Shown here: positions 59,181 to 64,000 of the stretch, in pieces | How the letters are laid out: every line of letters starts with the position of its first letter | Position numbering within the stretch: the stretch's first letter is position 1 | DNA from: Polyangiales bacterium | GTDB lineage: Bacteria > Myxococcota_A > Polyangia > Polyangiales > Polyangiaceae | DNA length: 64,000 bases | Direction: 5' to 3' | NCBI GenBank assembly: GCA_038231275.1 | Contig: JBBRLQ010000003.1 | Span: 352,001-416,000, forward strand | Made by a program: the position numbers and the translations under genes | Notes under the pieces: generated by a model | Seen by the model: only the letters and a program-made list of their open reading frames with translations | Database searches by the model: none | What the model was told of the DNA's origin: nothing

Positions 59181-59651
59181 GTGAGGAGTGACGACGACGC
59201 GCGGGTTCGTCCGAAGACTCCCCGCGCGTTGCTCGTGGCGCTCGCAGTCCTCGCCGCGATCCCGTGCTGCTCGTCGGCGCAGCGTCCGGCGCTCGAATAC
59301 CCCAGCGTGCGGGAGGCGGCGGCAAAGGCGCTCGACTGCGCTCCGGCGGGCGTTCACCTCGCGGAGGATCCCTCGCCCACCGGCGTCTACCTCGCCGACG
59401 GTTGCGGACGGAGCGTGAGCCTGACGTGCACCGAGTTCGCCGACGGCGTCACCTGCCGCGACGTTCCGCCGAAGAGCGGCAACGGCGGGGGGCAAGCGGG
59501 CGGCGAGGGCAGCGACAACGATACGACCGACACGAGCGACGACTCCGGCGGCTGCGGCTGCGGGCACCTCTTCAGCGGCAAGCACAACGCCAACGATCCG
59601 CCGAGCAACAACAACCCCACGAGCACGACGCCCCAGCGGACCAAGCGCTGA
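59181..59651 (+). CDS. Small lipoprotein
   Basis: Hydrophobic signal ending IPCC; AKALDC...YLADGCGRSVSLTC. Confidence 0.65.
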   Translation: MRSDDDARVRPKTPRALLVALAVLAAIPCCSSAQRPALEYPSVREAAAKALDCAPAGVHLAEDPSPTGVYLADGCGRSVSLTCTEFADGVTCRDVPPKSGNGGGQAGGEGSDNDTTDTSDDSGGCGCGHLFSGKHNANDPPSNNNPTSTTPQRTKR

Positions 59652-59700
59652 CCGCTCGCGAATTTTAGCAACCTCCGGCGCGTCGTGCCGATGGGGAGGC

Positions 59701-61491
59701 ATGAGCCACTCCTTCCATGCCACCGCCTTCCGTTTTGGTTCGTTCGGCTGCGCGTTCGCGCTCGCCGTGGCGCTCTCGCCCGCCTTCGGTTGCTCTTCGT
59801 CGGACGGCGGCAACGCCGGTGCCGGTGGAGGAGTCGACGACGGAGCTGCGGACGCCTCTCCTCGCGCACCCCGCGAAGGCGGCGTCGGCGTCGATGGTGG
59901 GGCGCTCGCGGATGGTGCGTCGGGCGACGGGGCGCCGAACGGATCCGCGAAAACGGAGGGAGCCGGAACGCGTCTTCGTCCGGCGTACGTGCGCTTCGAC
60001 GCCGCCGACGGCGCATCGTGGCGGCAGTGGGAGGGTTGGTACGATACGCAGCGCGACGAGCAGTGCGGCGTCCAGCGAATGAGCGATGGCAAGTACCGGT
60101 GCGCGCCGTGGGGCGAGGAGCCGAGCTTCGTTCCCGACACGTATTTTTCCGACGCCGCGTGCAAGGCGCCGATCATGGGGACCATCAAGTACCCCGGCCA
60201 GGAATCGCAGGACAGATGCACGAACCTGAAGATCCAGGGGAGCAAGCGCTACTACCGGCTGACGTCGAGAGCGGCGTGCGCGCCGACGCGTCTCGTCGAG
60301 GTGCCGACCTCGGCGCCGCTCATCTTGTCGCAGTACTTCTACAAGATGCCGGATGGGTCGTGCCTTTCTCAACCGATTCCGGCGGGCGTCACGACGGAAA
60401 TTTACGCCGTGCAGCTCCCCCTTACCGAGGTGAACCCGTCGTCGTTCGTCGCGTTCACGAAGACCGACAGCACGCCCGCCACCTCGTCGCGCCTCCGCGT
60501 CTCCACGACTGTGTACACCGGCGATGACGGCGCGTGGAGCCGCTTGTCTGCACGCCTCATCGACAGTGGGCGCAACGAAATTTGTTACAGGCGGACCGCG
60601 GCCGACGGAGTACAGCGCTGCATGCCGTACGGCGGCTACGTCGCGTCCGGGCAGTTCACCGATCCGGGCTGCACGCAGCCGTCGTGGGAGGTGAGCAACA
60701 ACGGCAACTGCGCGGACGACGACGGTCGCGACAAGTTCGCGTCGTACATGGATCAGACCGACTACACGGCGTGCTACGCGACGCGCGTGTACGAGCGGTT
60801 CACGTCCGGACAGCTCTCCACCATCTACTACGGCAAGCCGGGCACCTGCTCCTCGCAGGACGTCACGAGGGAGACGGGGTACACGTACTACGCGGCGAAG
60901 AGCCTGCCCGCGCCGATCCCGGCGACCGACTTCGTCGCGATCTCCAGCGACTCGCGCGACGCCGCGAGTCCGTTCTACGGCCAGGCCGGCTCGCGCCTTG
61001 GCATGCGCCAGACCGTCACCCTCGGCGATAGTGACATGACGATGACGTCGCCATGGATCACTGCCTACGACACGCAGAAAAAGGCGGACTGCTATACGAC
61101 GATGCTCCCGGACGGGAACTTCTACTGCGTGCCGAACGCGCGCTATTTCGACTACGACGCGAAGCGCACGAACCTCTTCGCCGACGCGGCGTGCACCGAG
61201 TCGGTGTTCGGCGTCACCAAGCTCCAGAACGGCTGCGGCGGGAGCGGCACGATCGACACCTCCGCGCTCTACGCCGAGACCCCGTTCACGCTCGGCGCGT
61301 GCGAGGCCTACCGCTACTTCCACATCCCGCGCACGCCGTATCCGGCCACGACCGTCTACACGCGCTCGTCGTCGAATACGTGCGCGCCGTACACGGGGGA
61401 CCTGAGCGCCGTCGCCTTCTATCGCCGCCGGGACTGTACGGAAGTGCAACCGTCCGAGCTCGTCGGAGTGAGCGTCCACACGGAGAAGTGA
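59701..61491 (+). CDS. Cys-rich lipoprotein with three internal repeats
   Basis: Lipobox AFGC; 3x RL...D...C......DG..(R/Y)C.P....F.D..C. Confidence 0.85.
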   Translation: MSHSFHATAFRFGSFGCAFALAVALSPAFGCSSSDGGNAGAGGGVDDGAADASPRAPREGGVGVDGGALADGASGDGAPNGSAKTEGAGTRLRPAYVRFDAADGASWRQWEGWYDTQRDEQCGVQRMSDGKYRCAPWGEEPSFVPDTYFSDAACKAPIMGTIKYPGQESQDRCTNLKIQGSKRYYRLTSRAACAPTRLVEVPTSAPLILSQYFYKMPDGSCLSQPIPAGVTTEIYAVQLPLTEVNPSSFVAFTKTDSTPATSSRLRVSTTVYTGDDGAWSRLSARLIDSGRNEICYRRTAADGVQRCMPYGGYVASGQFTDPGCTQPSWEVSNNGNCADDDGRDKFASYMDQTDYTACYATRVYERFTSGQLSTIYYGKPGTCSSQDVTRETGYTYYAAKSLPAPIPATDFVAISSDSRDAASPFYGQAGSRLGMRQTVTLGDSDMTMTSPWITAYDTQKKADCYTTMLPDGNFYCVPNARYFDYDAKRTNLFADAACTESVFGVTKLQNGCGGSGTIDTSALYAETPFTLGACEAYRYFHIPRTPYPATTVYTRSSSNTCAPYTGDLSAVAFYRRRDCTEVQPSELVGVSVHTEK

Positions 61492-61573
61492 ACGCTTTCG
61501 CGGGCTCAGCCCCGGGGGGGCCGGATCGGCGGCGCGTGACAAATCCTTTCGGTACCTGATGCGTCAAAGGATC

Positions 61574-62332
61574 ATGCGGCGCTTCTTCGGGCATCTCCCC
61601 CGGCGGGTCTTTCTGTTGTTGATGCTCGCGGGCGCCGCGCTCATCACGGCGTCCAGCCTCGCGTATTTCGACGGCGAGACGGTCCCGGCCTTCATCGTCG
61701 AGAAGCTGCCAGTGCGCTTCGAGACCTTGTGGCTCGCGTCGCTCCGCATCCACGTCGTCGCGGCCTTGCTCTCGCTCCCGCTGTGCACGGTGCTCATGAC
61801 GCGCACGCTCCAGAGGCGGCCGACGTGGCACCGGTGGATGGGGCGCGTCGCCGGGCTGCTCGTGCTCTTCGCGCTGGTGCCGACCGGCATCGTCCTCGCG
61901 TTCGACGCGAAGGGCGGCGGAGTCGTCACCGCGGGCTTCCTCCTCTCGGCCGCGATCGTCGCGTGGTTCATGGTGCGCGGGATCGCCGCCGCCCGCCGCC
62001 GCGACCTCGTTAGCCACCGACGCGCGATGCGTCACGTGTTCGCGCAAATGAGCGTCGCCGTTACATCGCGCGCGCTCCTGCTCGGTCTCGACGCCTTCGG
62101 GATTGACCCCGCCCTCTCGTACGTCGTCGCGCTCTGGGCTCCTGTCCTCGTCAGCGCCGGCGTCGCGGAGCTCGTATCGTCCAACGTCTCGAACCTCGTC
62201 CGATTCATTCGACCCATCCGCCTCATCCAACCTTTTCACCTCATCGTAAGGATCCGCCGTGAAGTCTCCGATCTGGTTGTCCGCGTGCGCGCTCGTTCTC
62301 TCGCTCGTCCCGTCGTTCGCGAAGGCCGATGA
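61574..62332 (+). CDS. DUF2306-like membrane protein
   Basis: RIHVVAA, WHRWMGRV, ARRRDLVSHRRAMR, AVTSRAL. Confidence 0.78.
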   Translation: MRRFFGHLPRRVFLLLMLAGAALITASSLAYFDGETVPAFIVEKLPVRFETLWLASLRIHVVAALLSLPLCTVLMTRTLQRRPTWHRWMGRVAGLLVLFALVPTGIVLAFDAKGGGVVTAGFLLSAAIVAWFMVRGIAAARRRDLVSHRRAMRHVFAQMSVAVTSRALLLGLDAFGIDPALSYVVALWAPVLVSAGVAELVSSNVSNLVRFIRPIRLIQPFHLIVRIRREVSDLVVRVRARSLARPVVREGR

Positions 62333-62696
62333 GCCGTCGCCTGCCGCGCAGGTTCAGACCCGCGTAGAGCAGGGCCTCGTCAAGCCGCTGGCCGACTACG
62401 AGCGATCGACCAGCCGCTTCTCTCGCGCGCGCGTGCCGCCGCGGGAGCGCCGTGTCCGGGTTACGCAGGTCGCTGCGTCGCGCGACGCGTCGGGTCGCGC
62501 GTTCATGGCCTTCGCGGTCGACGTGCGGTTCGGCACCGAGTGGCGCGAGAACGATCTGGTGGGATGCGCCTACACGACGAGCGGAGATTTGTTCGTGAAG
62601 CGTGGCGACGCGTACCGCCCGGCGGCGTTCCTGCTCGGCAAGAACGTCGAGCCGGTGGCCGGTGTCTGCCAGTCCGCCCCCACGGCGAGCGCCTGA
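62259..62696 (+). CDS. Hypothetical secreted protein
   Basis: Signal peptide MKSPIWLSACALVLSLVPSFAKA; overlaps the upstream gene by 74 nt. Confidence 0.7.
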   Translation: MKSPIWLSACALVLSLVPSFAKADEPSPAAQVQTRVEQGLVKPLADYERSTSRFSRARVPPRERRVRVTQVAASRDASGRAFMAFAVDVRFGTEWRENDLVGCAYTTSGDLFVKRGDAYRPAAFLLGKNVEPVAGVCQSAPTASA

Positions 62697-62725
62697 CCGG
62701 ACGACGCCTCCGCGGGCTCGCCGAG

Positions 62726-62762
62726 AAAAAAAGCGCCCCGCGGGTTTCGTCCGCGGAGCGCT
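62726..62762 (-). terminator. Intrinsic terminator after the metallothionein-like gene
   Basis: Minus strand reads AGCGCTCCGCGGA-CGAAA-CCCGCGGGGCGC-TTTTTTT. Confidence 0.8.
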
Positions 62763-62786
62763 CGACGCGGCGCGCAGGTCAGCGCG

Positions 62787-62948
62787 TCAGCTGGGGGTGC
62801 TGCAGCACGCGCAGCCGTTGCACGCGCAGGGCTTCGCGCAGCCGCAAGCAGGCGCGCACTCGCAGCCACCCTTCGCCTCGGCCTTGCATGCGCAGGTTTC
62901 GGCGTTGCACTTCGCGCAGGTACAATCGGGGTTCGTCTTCTTCGACAT
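62787..62948 (-). CDS. Metallothionein-like peptide (53 aa, 14 Cys)
   Basis: Manual translation: MSKKTNPDCTCAKCNAETCACKAEAKGGCECAPACGCAKPCACNGCACCSTPS; GGAAAG upstream; below the ORF-track size range. Confidence 0.85.
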   Translation of the reverse strand: MSKKTNPDCTCAKCNAETCACKAEAKGGCECAPACGCAKPCACNGCACCSTPS

Positions 62949-62985
62949 GACGGTCTCGCTTTCCGAGCACTGGGCTCACCCTTGC

Positions 62986-63012
62986 TGACGCACGCCCCGG
63001 CCCCGCATTACA
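62986..63012 (-). promoter_or_regulatory. ECF-type promoter for the metallothionein-like gene
   Basis: TGTAAT-N16-CGTCA; the -35 overlaps the sigma factor stop codon. Confidence 0.55.
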
Positions 63013-63601
63013 CCGATTCGCGATCGGCTTCGTTTTTACACGTGCACGCGACACAGCCGTGGGTGGCGCACGTCCCGCACGAGACCGCTACCTGCCGCCG
63101 CAGCGCGTCGCGGGCTCGAAATACACGCACGGCCGCGTTGCTCTCGGAGATTCCGCGCTCCTTTGCGAAGTCCTTCACCGCGACGCCGTCGATCTCGACC
63201 CTGCGGAGCGCTTCGGCGTACTCGGGCTTTAGCGTGACGGCCAAGCGCGACACGCAACGGCAGACCTCGGCGCGATCGTCGGGCGACGGCTCTTCGGCCT
63301 TCTCGAGCTCTTCGGCGAATTTGCCGAGCGCGCGATCGGCGGCGCTCGTGCGCCGGTAATAGTCGATCGTCGCGTTACGGAGCGTCCGGTAGAACCACGG
63401 CACGGCCGACTCTCCGTCGCGCAGCGTCGCCATCGTGTCGAGCCCACGGGCGAAGGCTTCTTGGAGGATGTCCTCCGCCACGTCACGCCGACCGACGCGG
63501 CGCTCGAGGAAGCGCAGAAACGCGCGATGGTTCTCGACGAGCGCGGCGATGACCTCCGGATCGCGGGGCCGCTCGGGGAGGTCACTCGGATCGTCGCTCA
63601 T
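63008..63601 (-). CDS. CorE-like metal-responsive ECF sigma factor with Cys-rich C-terminus
   Basis: Sigma2 (AEDILQEAF, WFYRTLRNATIDYYR), CRC linker motif, sigma4, C-terminal SCGTCATHGCVACTC. Confidence 0.88.
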   Translation of the reverse strand: MSDDPSDLPERPRDPEVIAALVENHRAFLRFLERRVGRRDVAEDILQEAFARGLDTMATLRDGESAVPWFYRTLRNATIDYYRRTSAADRALGKFAEELEKAEEPSPDDRAEVCRCVSRLAVTLKPEYAEALRRVEIDGVAVKDFAKERGISESNAAVRVFRARDALRRQVAVSCGTCATHGCVACTCKNEADRESV

Positions 63602-63649
63602 GCCTTCCGTTTAGCACTTCTCGCCGCCGCCGTCGGCAGCCGCGACGCG

Positions 63650-64000
63650 TCACACGAGGCGCAGCTCCATGAAGCGCGCGCCGTCGATTGGATTCTCCCG
63701 GTAGGGCGCGACGTCGCGGAAGCCGAGCGATTCGTAGAGCGCGATGGCGGCCTTCATCGACGACACGGTGTCGAGCTTCATCGCGCGATGGCCGGCGGCC
63801 CGTCCCTCCATGACGATGGACTCCGCGAGCCGTCGGCCAATTCCGCGACCGAGAAATCGTGGCCGGACGAAGAGCCGCTTCATCTCGCACTCGCCATCGC
63901 CGATCGCGCGGAGGGCGACGCACCCCGCGACGACGCCGTCCGCGCGCGCGAGCAGGAGACGCCCGGAAGGAGGGGCATACGCGCCGGGGAGGCCCGCCAG
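63650..64000 (-). CDS. GNAT acetyltransferase (5' end outside the window)
   Basis: LPGAYAPPSGRLLLA..AGCVALR..ECEMKRLFVRPRFLGRGIG..MKLDT..AIALYESLGF. Confidence 0.9.
   Translation of the reverse strand: MAGLPGAYAPPSGRLLLARADGVVAGCVALRAIGDGECEMKRLFVRPRFLGRGIGRRLAESIVMEGRAAGHRAMKLDTVSSMKAAIALYESLGFRDVAPYRENPIDGARFMELRLV

Noticed and set aside
62602-63054. ORFs 62602..62988 (+) and 62779..63054 (-)
   Set aside because: Shadows of the metallothionein-like gene; their Q/H/P and R/L repeats are TGC codons read in other frames

Overview
High-GC window (~70% by eye) with a gene content typical of a myxobacterium (Polyangiaceae/Labilithrix-like): many Cys-rich lipoproteins, MYXO-CTERM-like tails, Ser/Thr kinases and ECF sigma factors. 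The taxonomic call is inference from gene content. Left to right: a potassium-homeostasis locus (kdpD partial, beta-barrel porin, PAS protein, CPA2 antiporter, kdpE, kup) with three KdpE-like boxes; an SrfC-like GTPase / SEL1 membrane protein / membrane protein / Ser-Thr kinase cluster; a di-heme oxidoreductase divergent from a sigma54 activator; an HrpB-like helicase; assorted enzymes (quinone oxidoreductase, GNATs, MAPEG, cysteine synthase family, catalase HPII, Cu monooxygenase-like, PAP2, ADH, phospholipase D, PHP hydrolase); and three ECF sigma factors. The strongest finding is a 53-aa, 14-Cys, His-free metallothionein-like gene (62787-62948, minus) that is absent from the ORF track. It sits directly downstream of a CorE-like Cys-rich ECF sigma factor and has its own ECF-type promoter and terminator. 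Six exported-protein genes carry sigma54 promoters 11-12 nt before the ATG, which predicts near-leaderless mRNAs, and many other genes have a TANNNT hexamer 6-9 nt before the start codon. No rRNA, tRNA, CRISPR array or mobile element was seen. All family assignments come from motif recognition by eye; no searches were run.
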